A stretch of DNA of 64,000 nt from Candidatus Latescibacterota bacterium (GTDB lineage Bacteria; Latescibacterota; UBA2968; GCA-2709665). Below are positions 46,990-55,987 of this stretch, one piece after another. Under the pieces are notes generated by a model. It saw only the letters and a program-made list of their open reading frames with translations. It was not told where the DNA came from and did not search any database. Each line of letters begins with the position of its first letter. The first letter of the stretch is position 1. Both the position numbers and the translations under genes were made by a program. The stretch lies in contig CAXXXF010000006.1 in the NCBI GenBank assembly GCA_963667175.2, forward strand, positions 160,001 through 224,000, written 5' to 3'.

Positions 46990-48606
46990 ATGAACGCAAT
47001 GCAAATCAATGGCGACACGGCACTGGCCTGGGGCGCGATCGAGGCAGGCGTCAGCTGCGTGACCGGATATCCCGGTTCGCCGGGTACAGGCACCTTTACC
47101 GCGCTCGCAGACACCGCCGGCGAATACGGCCACGATACCGAGTGGTGTCTGAACGAACGCATCGCACTCGACGTTGCCGCGGGCGTCTCCCAGGGAGGCC
47201 GCCGCGTGCTCACGTGCATGAAGAGCGTGGGTATGAACGTGGCGCTGGATACCCTCATGGTTCTGAACATGACCGGCGTACACGCCGGACTGGTCATCCT
47301 GATGGGCGACGATCCCGGGGCGTGGGGATCACAGAATGAGCAGGACGGCCGTTTCTTCGCCCCCCTCGCCGAAGTTCCCATGCTCGAGCCCGCGACGCCG
47401 GCGGAGGGCCGGCGCATGATGCGCTGGGCCTTCGATTTCTCCGAGTCGTTCCGGACGGTCGTCATCCTTCGCATCACGCGCAGTTTCAGCGTGCGTGAAG
47501 ACGAACAGCCGCCCGTCCGAAAGCCCGCTGCCAGGAAGACGCTGGCGCCGGACAGGGAACCGATGCGCTGGATTTCGTCCCTGTCCAACTGTATACCCAA
47601 TCACGGCAGGCTCCATCGAAAACTGCAGGACGTCTCGCAGTCATTCGAGCGTGTGCACTTCAACCGGGTCGAGGGCACCGGAGATCTGGGCGTCATCGCG
47701 TCCGGATTCGTCCACACTAAACTTCAGGACGCGCTGGAAGGCGCCGACTCCTCGAGATTCGCATGCCTGAAACTGGGCTCTCTCTACCCACTGCCGGGGG
47801 GCCTGATTTCGGATTTTCTCAAACAGTGCAGTCGGGTGCTGGTACTCGAAGAAGTGGACCCGTATCTCGAAGACAGCGTCAAGACCATCGGGTACGACGC
47901 AGGCGTCACCCCGAGAGTCATCGGAAAGCGCAGCGGTCATGTCCCGGGAGAAGGTGAACTTTTCCGATGGCAGATACAGAACGCGATGAAGGCGCATCTG
48001 CCGGACCTGGCGCCATCGCGCGTTTACACCGAGGCGGGTTGGCAGGAGGAAAAGCCGTACCGGAAGTCACACTGCGCCGGCTGCCCCTACAATGACATCC
48101 TCGCCGCGTTGCGTGAAGAGGCGGCGACCCTGGGCCAGAATCCATTTCTCACGGCCGATCCGGGATGCGTGGTCATCGCCGCCCAGCGCCTCGACACCAA
48201 GCTGTGTATGGGATCCGCCATCGGCGCGGCGCTGGGACTTCAGAGGGCAGGTGTGCGAGAACGCGCTGTGGCCATTACAGGCGACTCGGCCTTCTACCAC
48301 AGCAGCGTCAATGCATTGATCCACGCCAGGTCAACGGGCGCCAATCTGCTCCTCGTGGTACTCGACAACGGCGGTTCGCTCACGACCGGAGGCCAGCCCA
48401 CTCCCGATCGAGGCGTCCCCGTCGCAGGAAAATCCGGGCCGGTCGTTGGTATCAATGACCTGGCAATCGCCTGCGGGGTCGAATCGGTATGGACGGTCGA
48501 AGAAACGGATCCAGAGACACGCATGCGCAGCATCTTCCGTAAAGCCCTCCAGTGCGAAGGCCTCGGCCTGGTGACCATACGAAAGCGTTGTGAGGCCGTG
48601 GACTGA
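46990..48606 (+). CDS. iorA: Indolepyruvate:ferredoxin oxidoreductase alpha-subunit-like TPP enzyme
   Basis: GYPGSP, NE..A, MKSVGMNVA.D, DDPG..SQNEQD, CAGCP, D.GC, GDS.F.H, LDN...TG.Q. Confidence 0.82.
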   Translation: MNAMQINGDTALAWGAIEAGVSCVTGYPGSPGTGTFTALADTAGEYGHDTEWCLNERIALDVAAGVSQGGRRVLTCMKSVGMNVALDTLMVLNMTGVHAGLVILMGDDPGAWGSQNEQDGRFFAPLAEVPMLEPATPAEGRRMMRWAFDFSESFRTVVILRITRSFSVREDEQPPVRKPAARKTLAPDREPMRWISSLSNCIPNHGRLHRKLQDVSQSFERVHFNRVEGTGDLGVIASGFVHTKLQDALEGADSSRFACLKLGSLYPLPGGLISDFLKQCSRVLVLEEVDPYLEDSVKTIGYDAGVTPRVIGKRSGHVPGEGELFRWQIQNAMKAHLPDLAPSRVYTEAGWQEEKPYRKSHCAGCPYNDILAALREEAATLGQNPFLTADPGCVVIAAQRLDTKLCMGSAIGAALGLQRAGVRERAVAITGDSAFYHSSVNALIHARSTGANLLLVVLDNGGSLTTGGQPTPDRGVPVAGKSGPVVGINDLAIACGVESVWTVEETDPETRMRSIFRKALQCEGLGLVTIRKRCEAVD

Positions 48607-48696
48607 AAAGCTGCGTTGAAATCCCCAGCGGTCTTCGCGCGGCTGCAACGCAAAAAGGGTCCGCCCGGGACTTTGAGAATCCCGAAGGAACCCTAT

Positions 48697-48850
48697 CAGC
48701 CCGTTGATACAGTCCATCCGGGCTGCCTGCCTGTGCGTTCGCACGCAGACAGGCGTCCGGTCCTTGTGACCGAATTACCGCGTTGCCTGCCTGCAGCAGG
48801 CGGGCGCCCCCTCCCCGAATCCAGGGATTCGCGTCGGTCGCGCGCCTGTC
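48697..48850. mobile_element. Partial MITE copy (reverse orientation)
   Basis: Closely matches the reverse complement of ~8096-8239, including two internal palindromes. Confidence 0.8.
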
Positions 48851-48871
48851 CTGACCTCCTGTGTCGTCGCT

Positions 48872-49453
48872 TTATCGGAATTCCAGAGATTTCGCGATAT
48901 CGCGGTATTCATCAACGGGAAAGGCGGCAGACGTCCCGTTGCCCATCATCAGATAAGCCTTCCGCCCGTCCAGCACCACCGTAACGAAGAACCGATCCCC
49001 CCGCCGACGAAGAAACACCGTCCGGAACACCCACTCGATGCCGTCGCGGCCCGATATCTTAAACGTGCGTTTCTCCTGTGCCGTGTACCCCAGAAACGTG
49101 GCCTTGAACTCCTCCTCCAGTTCGGCCGTAACCGTCTGAAGCGTCGAATTCTCCGAAAGCGCGCGGGGCCTTAACGTCAACACCGCCTCAAATCCGGAAA
49201 TCGCCTCGCGGTTCATAACGACTTCGACCCTGGGCAACCCGTTCGGCTCCCGGGTCTGGAAGGACGTTTGCGCCGTCCAGCCCCACACGTCCGGGACAGT
49301 AATCCGGAATCCCCACTCATCGTTGGAGTAGACACGGCCGCCGTCGGATTCGGAAGTCGGATTATTGGCGGTGTCCTCCGGAATGGGACCGCATCCGAAC
49401 GTCACGAATACAGATACGAAGCACAACAAGCCAATGGTACGGTGTCCGAACAT
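48872..49453 (-). CDS. Putative lipoprotein (PsbP/DcrB-like fold possible)
   Basis: Lipobox-like VTFGC after a hydrophobic stretch; Y.N..WGF.I..P..W. Confidence 0.7.
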   Translation of the reverse strand: MFGHRTIGLLCFVSVFVTFGCGPIPEDTANNPTSESDGGRVYSNDEWGFRITVPDVWGWTAQTSFQTREPNGLPRVEVVMNREAISGFEAVLTLRPRALSENSTLQTVTAELEEEFKATFLGYTAQEKRTFKISGRDGIEWVFRTVFLRRRGDRFFVTVVLDGRKAYLMMGNGTSAAFPVDEYRDIAKSLEFR

Positions 49454-49664
49454 GCCGCCCGCCTTCCTCTGCGTGAAACGCACGGCCCGCGCTGATCTAC
49501 TATCATTCGATCCAACGTCCCGCCCGGCGGAATCCCTGAGCCTTACCGCCGAACTGCCGCGCCGTGAACCGTCGAATGAAAAAATGGAATCCGCTGCCCG
49601 AACAACCCAGATGACTCTCTACACAGCCTGGCGGTTATCGGCACGTGGATCTGTTCGGGATCTG

Positions 49665-50342
49665 TCAGTGCACGATGCCCAGGCGTCTCCATCGGATTTT
49701 TCCGAACGGGTTCCAGAGGGGGGCGCTGGAATTCCAGGAAAAATAGATCAGAAGCGGATGGGCTTTCACGTTGTCGAGGGATACCGGCCCCCAGAACCTG
49801 CTATCATCGCTGTTGTCCCGGTTGTCCCCCATCACGAACAGATGTCCGGGCGGCACCGTAAAAGGCCCGTAGTTGTCACGGGTGCTGTACCGTTTCGGTT
49901 CGGTCCGCCGGTCCATGAACTTCACCCCATCGGGATTCACAAACGGTTTGCCGTCGACGTAAATCACCTTGTTTCTGATTTCGATCGTCTGCCCACCCAC
50001 GGCGATACAGCGCTTGATGAAGTCCCTTGACTGATCCTTCGGATATTCGAATATCACCATATCCCCGGGTTTCGGAGAACGAAAACCCGGCAGCCGAAAG
50101 GAAGGCAGCTTGTAATTCAGAACAGGCAGACGATCCGGAATCTGCGTACCGAACGTCAGCTTGTCTCCGAGAACGTAGTCGCCCTCCATCAACGTGTTTT
50201 CCATGGAACCTGACGGGATGTGATAGGCCTGCACCAGCGTTGCCCGGATCAATACAGCCAGAAAAACGGCAAAGAAGATCGACTTCAGATAGTCGACCAG
50301 AATTCGTCCGGGACGTGGCCGGCGGCGGCGCTGTGACTTCAT
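49665..50342 (-). CDS. lepB: Signal peptidase I
   Basis: IPSGSMENTL, FIKRC, FVMGDNRDNSDDSRFWG. Confidence 0.96.
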   Translation of the reverse strand: MKSQRRRRPRPGRILVDYLKSIFFAVFLAVLIRATLVQAYHIPSGSMENTLMEGDYVLGDKLTFGTQIPDRLPVLNYKLPSFRLPGFRSPKPGDMVIFEYPKDQSRDFIKRCIAVGGQTIEIRNKVIYVDGKPFVNPDGVKFMDRRTEPKRYSTRDNYGPFTVPPGHLFVMGDNRDNSDDSRFWGPVSLDNVKAHPLLIYFSWNSSAPLWNPFGKIRWRRLGIVH

Positions 50343-50407
50343 GGGTGAACCTCCAGATCGTTCCAATGCCAGCAACACAGGCGGGCAGCGTCAGCAAATT
50401 CGCATGT

Positions 50408-51424
50408 TTACACGCGGAAACCTGCGGCAGGTTCCGTCCCGCCTCCGGAGCAACCCGAGAAACGCGGGACTTCGGGCCGTCCGCTGTCGGCGGATCGATT
50501 GGCCGCAAGCGTCACGTCGAGCGAACGGACACCGTCCTCGTAATCCGATAGAACGGCCGACCCGTCGCCCGTACGAACGGCATCGATGAAGACCTCGTCG
50601 ATATCTCCCAGATCACACTGAACGGGGCCCGGGTCTGCCGCGGATTGCGGATGCACGAGCAAACCATCCGGCCCGAACTCCGCCCGCATGTCATTCAGTA
50701 TAAATGACATGAGCCCGGTCCCGCCTCCCTTCCGAAACGTGCACGTGGACGTCAACGAACCGATAGCGCCCGTCTCGAACTTCAGATTGATCGCGTGTAC
50801 GTCCGGAATGTCCAGGTTTTCCTCATCGTCCAGGGTTCGCGATGCGTAATAGGCGTGCACTTCCGCCACCTCACCCACGAGATAGCGAAGCAGATCCACC
50901 TGGTGGGTGGTTTGTTCAACGATCTGTCCGCCCGATTGTGACATCACGCGCCACCACGGCGTACCCGGCAGCCCGCCCCATCTGTGGACCGCGGTCATCC
51001 CGATCGTCCGGCCCTGCAGGAACGCCTTCGCCTGCTGGACGATGCCGGTATAGCGCAACTGATATCCCACGCACGTCAGAACGCCCGCCTCCCGCACGGC
51101 CGCCAGTATTTCGAAGGCCTTCTCCATCGTCGCCGCCACGGGTTTTTCCACAAAGAGATGCACTCCGCGCTGCGCCGCCAGAATCTCCGCGTCCGTATGT
51201 GCAAACGTGGGAACGCTTACATAGAGAGCGCACAGCGATTCGCTGTCCAGCATCTTCCGATGGTCGGTATACGCCTTCGCGCCGAATTCCCCGGCCACAC
51301 GCTCCGCGGTTTCCTCCACCACGTCGCAGACCGCCACGATATTCACGTCCTCCAGCCCCCGCAACACCCGCATATGGGATCTCGCGCGGCCTCCTGCGCC
51401 TATAAACCCTACCTGAGTTGCCAA
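50408..51424 (-). CDS. Gfo/Idh/MocA family oxidoreductase
   Basis: VGFIGAG, FVEKP, SGGQIVEQTTHQVD; TTG start inferred. Confidence 0.9.
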   Translation of the reverse strand: MATQVGFIGAGGRARSHMRVLRGLEDVNIVAVCDVVEETAERVAGEFGAKAYTDHRKMLDSESLCALYVSVPTFAHTDAEILAAQRGVHLFVEKPVAATMEKAFEILAAVREAGVLTCVGYQLRYTGIVQQAKAFLQGRTIGMTAVHRWGGLPGTPWWRVMSQSGGQIVEQTTHQVDLLRYLVGEVAEVHAYYASRTLDDEENLDIPDVHAINLKFETGAIGSLTSTCTFRKGGGTGLMSFILNDMRAEFGPDGLLVHPQSAADPGPVQCDLGDIDEVFIDAVRTGDGSAVLSDYEDGVRSLDVTLAANRSADSGRPEVPRFSGCSGGGTEPAAGFRV

Positions 51425-51610
51425 AACACCTCCCGGAAACGTTGTGGATAAAATCCACAGCCTGAAAATTAGCCCGCCATGCCATGCAGTGTCAAGCAGA
51501 TTCACCATGACCGGGACAGAACACGGACGCGCCTGCTTTAGTCTTTGAATTATACCGTCCTCATCACTAACTTACCCGTTCCAATCACACACGAATCCCG
51601 ACGGACGAGG

Positions 51611-52660
51611 ATGTATCCCATGCGAGTCGAGAACCTGGAAACGCCGGCACTGACCATCGATCTCGACGTCCTTCTCAAGAATATCCGAGACCTCGCGGAA
51701 TCCTGCAGCAAACATGAAATCGCGCTGCGAGTGCATACCAAGACCCACAAGATTCCGGAAATTGCCCGACTGCAGCTTGAAGCCGGCGCCATCGGCATTG
51801 TCTGTCAGAAACTGGGAGAAGCGGAAGTCATGGTCGACGCGGGAATTTCCGACGTCCTCATTCCTTACAATATCGTCGGCGATCGCAAGGTGGAACGCCT
51901 TGTCCGACTCCGTGAACGGGCAACCATAACGGTAGCCCTGGACTCCGAAACGACGGCTCGCGGCATTTCCGAACAGGCAGGCAAACCGGAAATACCCGTT
52001 CTGATCGAACTGGATACCGGGGGGCGCCGATGCGGCGTTCAGTCGCCCGAAGCCGCACTGGATCTGGCGCGCAAAGTCGTTGCGCTGCCCGGCCTCCGCT
52101 TCCAGGGCATCATGACCTATCCCAGCCGGCGGGAGGCGGAACCCTTTCTGTCGCGTACACGGACACTGCTGGAGCGCGCCGGAATCTCAGTAGCAACGGT
52201 GAGCGGGGGCGGAACCGGAAGCGAAGCCGTCTCAAAGCAGATCGGTTGCACCGAAACCCGGATCGGCTCCTACGTTTTCGAGGGAATGCGCCGCATCAAC
52301 CACACGGACAACCCTCCGAACCCGGAGACCTGCGCCGAACGCGTGATCGTGACCGTGGTCAGCACCCCCACCCCTGAACGCATTATTGTGGACGGCGGTC
52401 AGAAAACCTTTACGAGTTATCCGCCCACTCCGTACGGATACATCGTGGAACACCCCGACGCCTGGATATACGGCATGTCGGTGGAACATGGCCATATCGA
52501 CGCCAGTGCGTGCGACCATACGTTTCAGGTAGGGGAACGCCTTTCGGTTGTTCCCCAGCACCAGGGCATGACGACCAACCTGCACGACGTCGCCTATGCC
52601 GTACGGAACGGTGTCGTGGAGGCCGTCTGGACCGTTGCCGGACGCGGCAGGGCGCAGTAG
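51611..52660 (+). CDS. PLP-dependent D-threonine aldolase / DSD1-like enzyme (alanine racemase fold)
   Basis: LETPA..IDLD, LRVHTKTHK, ELDTG..RCGV, SGGGT, EHG. Confidence 0.88.
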   Translation: MYPMRVENLETPALTIDLDVLLKNIRDLAESCSKHEIALRVHTKTHKIPEIARLQLEAGAIGIVCQKLGEAEVMVDAGISDVLIPYNIVGDRKVERLVRLRERATITVALDSETTARGISEQAGKPEIPVLIELDTGGRRCGVQSPEAALDLARKVVALPGLRFQGIMTYPSRREAEPFLSRTRTLLERAGISVATVSGGGTGSEAVSKQIGCTETRIGSYVFEGMRRINHTDNPPNPETCAERVIVTVVSTPTPERIIVDGGQKTFTSYPPTPYGYIVEHPDAWIYGMSVEHGHIDASACDHTFQVGERLSVVPQHQGMTTNLHDVAYAVRNGVVEAVWTVAGRGRAQ

Positions 52661-52761
52661 ATGAACAAATCGAGACCACAGCCCCGTTCATCCCCGTGGC
52701 CGGGATCGGATTGACCGACACGGCCGTTCCGGCAGGCGAATTGATACTAAGGAGTTCTGAT

Positions 52762-53655
52762 ATGCGTCAAGTACAGTGGGAACGCATGTTCCCGGACCAA
52801 CTGGATACCGCCTTCAACGACTGCCCGCTCGTCTACTTCCCGTACGGCCTTTGCGAACCCCACGGTCCGCACGACGCGGTCGGCCTGGATGGCCTGAAGG
52901 CGCACGGCATCGCGTGCGAGTCCGCGCGTGCACACGGGGGGATTGTGGCCCCGCCGGATTACTGGCATATCCACGAACTCGGCGGGTACGCGCTGTGGCT
53001 CGAGCGAACCGTTGGACCGGTCAGACGTTCCTGGATGACCTGTATGCCGCCCTGGCAGCACTTCAAGAACATCTGCTACCACATCCGCATGGCGGACCAC
53101 CTTGGCTTCCACGCCGCCATCTTTCTGACGGGACACTACGGTCCCAACTGGAAGGATCTCAAAACGCTCATTGGCCTGGTGCAGCCCCACGTGGGCACCA
53201 GGCTCTGCGGCCTGCCGGACCACGAAGCCAACCAGCCAGGTTTCGACAACGACGGACGAAGCGGCGGCGACCATGCCGGAAAGGTCGAAACTTCGCTTCT
53301 GTGGGCGCTCCACCCCGACTGTGTGGATCTCTCTCGGCTGCCGTCCGAAGACGCTCCCGGACCCCATTTCGCGATGGGACCCACGGTCAGACAGTCGGAC
53401 CGCCGCGTTGGCGAGCGGATGGTGGCCGACGAAGTCCGATGGCTGGGCGAGAAGGCGCAGGAACTGCTGGACGAATACGAGGAGAGAAACCCGGCCCACA
53501 AGCTGCAGACCTACGAAGACGTGGAAGTCCTCTGGGAGACCGTGGTTGGCCCCTCTCTCGCCGGATTCGAGACCATGCAGAACAGCTGGACTGAGGAAGC
53601 CCTTCCCGAGACTTCCGCCTGGTATCCCAACTGGCGGGTGCCGCGGCGGGGATAG
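52762..53655 (+). CDS. Creatininase family protein
   Basis: P.G..EPHGPH..GLD, TGHY, GDHAG..ETS; AAGGAG RBS. Confidence 0.88.
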   Translation: MRQVQWERMFPDQLDTAFNDCPLVYFPYGLCEPHGPHDAVGLDGLKAHGIACESARAHGGIVAPPDYWHIHELGGYALWLERTVGPVRRSWMTCMPPWQHFKNICYHIRMADHLGFHAAIFLTGHYGPNWKDLKTLIGLVQPHVGTRLCGLPDHEANQPGFDNDGRSGGDHAGKVETSLLWALHPDCVDLSRLPSEDAPGPHFAMGPTVRQSDRRVGERMVADEVRWLGEKAQELLDEYEERNPAHKLQTYEDVEVLWETVVGPSLAGFETMQNSWTEEALPETSAWYPNWRVPRRG

Positions 53656-53665
53656 GGACGGAGGC

Positions 53666-53741
53666 TTCGCGCCGGTCGCGCGCCTCGTCTTCGGCCACAA
53701 TGATTCGGCCTCGCCTGTAGAGCGACTTTTTCAACGGACTG
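53666..53741. mobile_element. One-ended MITE copy lacking the first internal palindrome
   Basis: Reverse complement matches 8003-8108 except for the 30-bp insert. Confidence 0.8.
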
Positions 53742-54119
53742 CTACCGTTCCAGGAGTTCGATCTCGTATCCGTCCGGGTCATCCACAAAGGCCATCTTCC
53801 GTCCGGTCGGAAACGTCTCACGCCAATCGCCGGGCCAGATTTCAATGCCCTTGTTCTCGAGCCCGTCGCAAAACGCGATGAGGTCCGGCACGCCGATTGC
53901 AAGATGCATCAGATCCTCGGGAACGTTCAATTCGTAATCGTCCGACCAGGTCAGTTCGAGCGTATGGGCGTTGCCAGGCAACTCCAGGTGCATAATCTGG
54001 TTTCCCGCCGGGGACTTGTCCGATCTGCTCTTCACCACGAAACCGAAATGGTCGCAGTAGAATGCCGACGACCGGTCCAGGTCGTTTACCCGAATCCTGG
54101 TATGGAGAAATACCGCCAT
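53742..54119 (-). CDS. Lactoylglutathione lyase-like VOC protein
   Basis: FLHTRIRV.DL..S..FY, LELT, HLAIGV, AF..DPDGY.IEL. Confidence 0.88.
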   Translation of the reverse strand: MAVFLHTRIRVNDLDRSSAFYCDHFGFVVKSRSDKSPAGNQIMHLELPGNAHTLELTWSDDYELNVPEDLMHLAIGVPDLIAFCDGLENKGIEIWPGDWRETFPTGRKMAFVDDPDGYEIELLER

Positions 54120-54217
54120 CGAAGACTCCTTTCTTCAAATCAACGTCCGCCGGACCCGGAGACAAAAAAAAAGACAGCCAGTAGCTGCCCCGTGCCCGCG
54201 CCTTCCGTCCCTTCCAT

Positions 54218-54598
54218 CTACGCAGTTGCCGGCGAAACTGCTTTACTCCCTTCCTCGCCGGGCTGCGGGCTGGCCGGTTCCATTTCGAGACCCAGCGCCT
54301 GGCGTACCTGTCGTATCGCCTGAAGGTAATACTTCCTCACCGTACTCTTGGACACCGACAGCAGCAGCGCGATCTCGGCCATGGACTTTCCCTGGGAACG
54401 CAGCAACAATACCTCATACTTCCGGCCTGTAAGCGTCGGTTCGATCGCGTTTCTGACAGCGTCCAGTTTCTCCTCGTCCAAATCCAATTTTGCATACGGG
54501 TTCGGATCGAGCGAATGACGGATGATGAACGACAGCGGTACGGTCTCCGTTCTGGGATGACACCGTTCCATCACCGTGTTGTATCGGGGCCCTCGCAT
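54218..54598 (-). CDS. Small sigma-70 region 4 / LuxR-type HTH protein
   Basis: LT.R..EV..L...G.S.AEIA..L.VS..TV; start uncertain. Confidence 0.65.
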   Translation of the reverse strand: MRGPRYNTVMERCHPRTETVPLSFIIRHSLDPNPYAKLDLDEEKLDAVRNAIEPTLTGRKYEVLLLRSQGKSMAEIALLLSVSKSTVRKYYLQAIRQVRQALGLEMEPASPQPGEEGSKAVSPATA

Positions 54599-54719
54599 AT
54601 GGGTTCCACGCTCCCGGCGGGACGGTTGGAGGCTCTCAATGCTTCAGCAACCACTCTCGCGCATCGTCAATTTAGCCTGTTCTTCTCAGCCAGGCAAGAG
54701 AAAACTCGACCCGCGCTAA

Positions 54720-54787
54720 CAGCCCGTCGATAACGTCCATCCGGTTGCGTCCGGCCTCGCATGCAGCGCGACTTTTCCAACGGACTG
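54720..54787. mobile_element. Minimal two-ended MITE copy (68 bp) with CTAA target-site duplication
   Basis: CTAA|CAGCCCGTCGA...CCAACGGACTG|CTAA. Confidence 0.75.
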
Positions 54788-55720
54788 CTAAAGCAGCGGA
54801 CGCCTTGAGAAGCCCAGCCCTTCCGCAACCTGCAACACCCGTTCATTCAACCGGTCCGCGTGCCGCACGGTTTCCCCATCGGGCGTGAACGCCAGGCTGC
54901 GCACCTGTGAATGCCCAATGATCCCCCGAGCGGCCAGCAGGCGTTTCTCTACAACCAGGTACAGCTCCACGTCCTGCAGAGAGAAGGCAATCTGCGCCAG
55001 AATCACGTCGAACACGTCCAGCGCGCCGTCCAGGTCGCCCGACGAACCGAGTTCCCAGATCCGGTTCATCACGTCCGCGTGCCCGAGCCCTGGCATGACG
55101 CCGGCGACGCCCCACTCAAAGAGTTCCGGCAGATACATCCCGCCCCAGCCCTCCAGCACGGCCACCTCATCGTCGGTCGCCTCCCGAATCCCTCGCAGCT
55201 TGCGCCCCAGCAGCGGCTCCTCCAGCTTGATGTACCTGAAATTATCGCAGGCTTCGCGAAGCCGACGGCAGAACGTCCCGTCAACCGTGGCGCCGCCAGG
55301 ATTGAAATCCTGAATCAGAATCGGCGCCCGCACCGCGTCGCAGATGGTCCGGCAATACGCAATAAGGTCCGCTTCCGTCGTGCGGAACTGCCTGGGGATT
55401 GCAAAACTGATGACGTCGGCGCCGGCGTCCTCGTTCGCGCGGGCAAGATTCGCCGCCTGTCGGGCCGACGGGTGGTTCGACTGACCCACCACGGGAATCC
55501 TCCCCGCCGACGACGAGACCGCGGCCCGGACGACCGCGAGCCGTTCTCTCCCTGATTGCTTGTAGAACTCGCCCGCATACGCAGGAAGACACACCGCCGA
55601 AATACCGAATGCGACCGCCGTCTCCACCTGTCGACGGATGTCTTCGAATACAATCTCTTCACGGTCATCGAACGGCGTTACCAGCACCGCCGCGACACCA
55701 CGGATAGCTTCCACGCCCAT
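54788..55720 (-). CDS. Dihydrodipicolinate synthase family aldolase/lyase
   Basis: LVTPF, GEF, GRIPVV, GAD, YIKLE Schiff-base Lys. Confidence 0.88.
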   Translation of the reverse strand: MGVEAIRGVAAVLVTPFDDREEIVFEDIRRQVETAVAFGISAVCLPAYAGEFYKQSGRERLAVVRAAVSSSAGRIPVVGQSNHPSARQAANLARANEDAGADVISFAIPRQFRTTEADLIAYCRTICDAVRAPILIQDFNPGGATVDGTFCRRLREACDNFRYIKLEEPLLGRKLRGIREATDDEVAVLEGWGGMYLPELFEWGVAGVMPGLGHADVMNRIWELGSSGDLDGALDVFDVILAQIAFSLQDVELYLVVEKRLLAARGIIGHSQVRSLAFTPDGETVRHADRLNERVLQVAEGLGFSRRPLL

Positions 55721-55872
55721 GTCGATCCTCCAGAAGCTGTTTTGTCTGAGGCCTTGTGCGTCCGGCGCCGCTGCAGGCGACAGACGATCCCCGAACGGTG
55801 GATCGTTGAACCGGCCGGCGACAGGGGTTGTGCGACAGGAACCGTGTCGCTTTTCAGCCGCCATGGTGGCTG

Positions 55873-55901
55873 TTGACACCGAAACGGGGATATGTTAAAT
55901 T
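55873..55901 (+). promoter_or_regulatory. Putative sigma-70 promoter for rel
   Basis: TTGACA-17 nt-TAAATT with TG extended -10. Confidence 0.55.
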
Positions 55902-55987
55902 GTACCTTCCGAGAAATTTTCGCGTAAAGACTTTCTGGGATCGTCAAGATCCGACCGGAAGGCCGGCAATCTGCGGCGCCAGATTCG

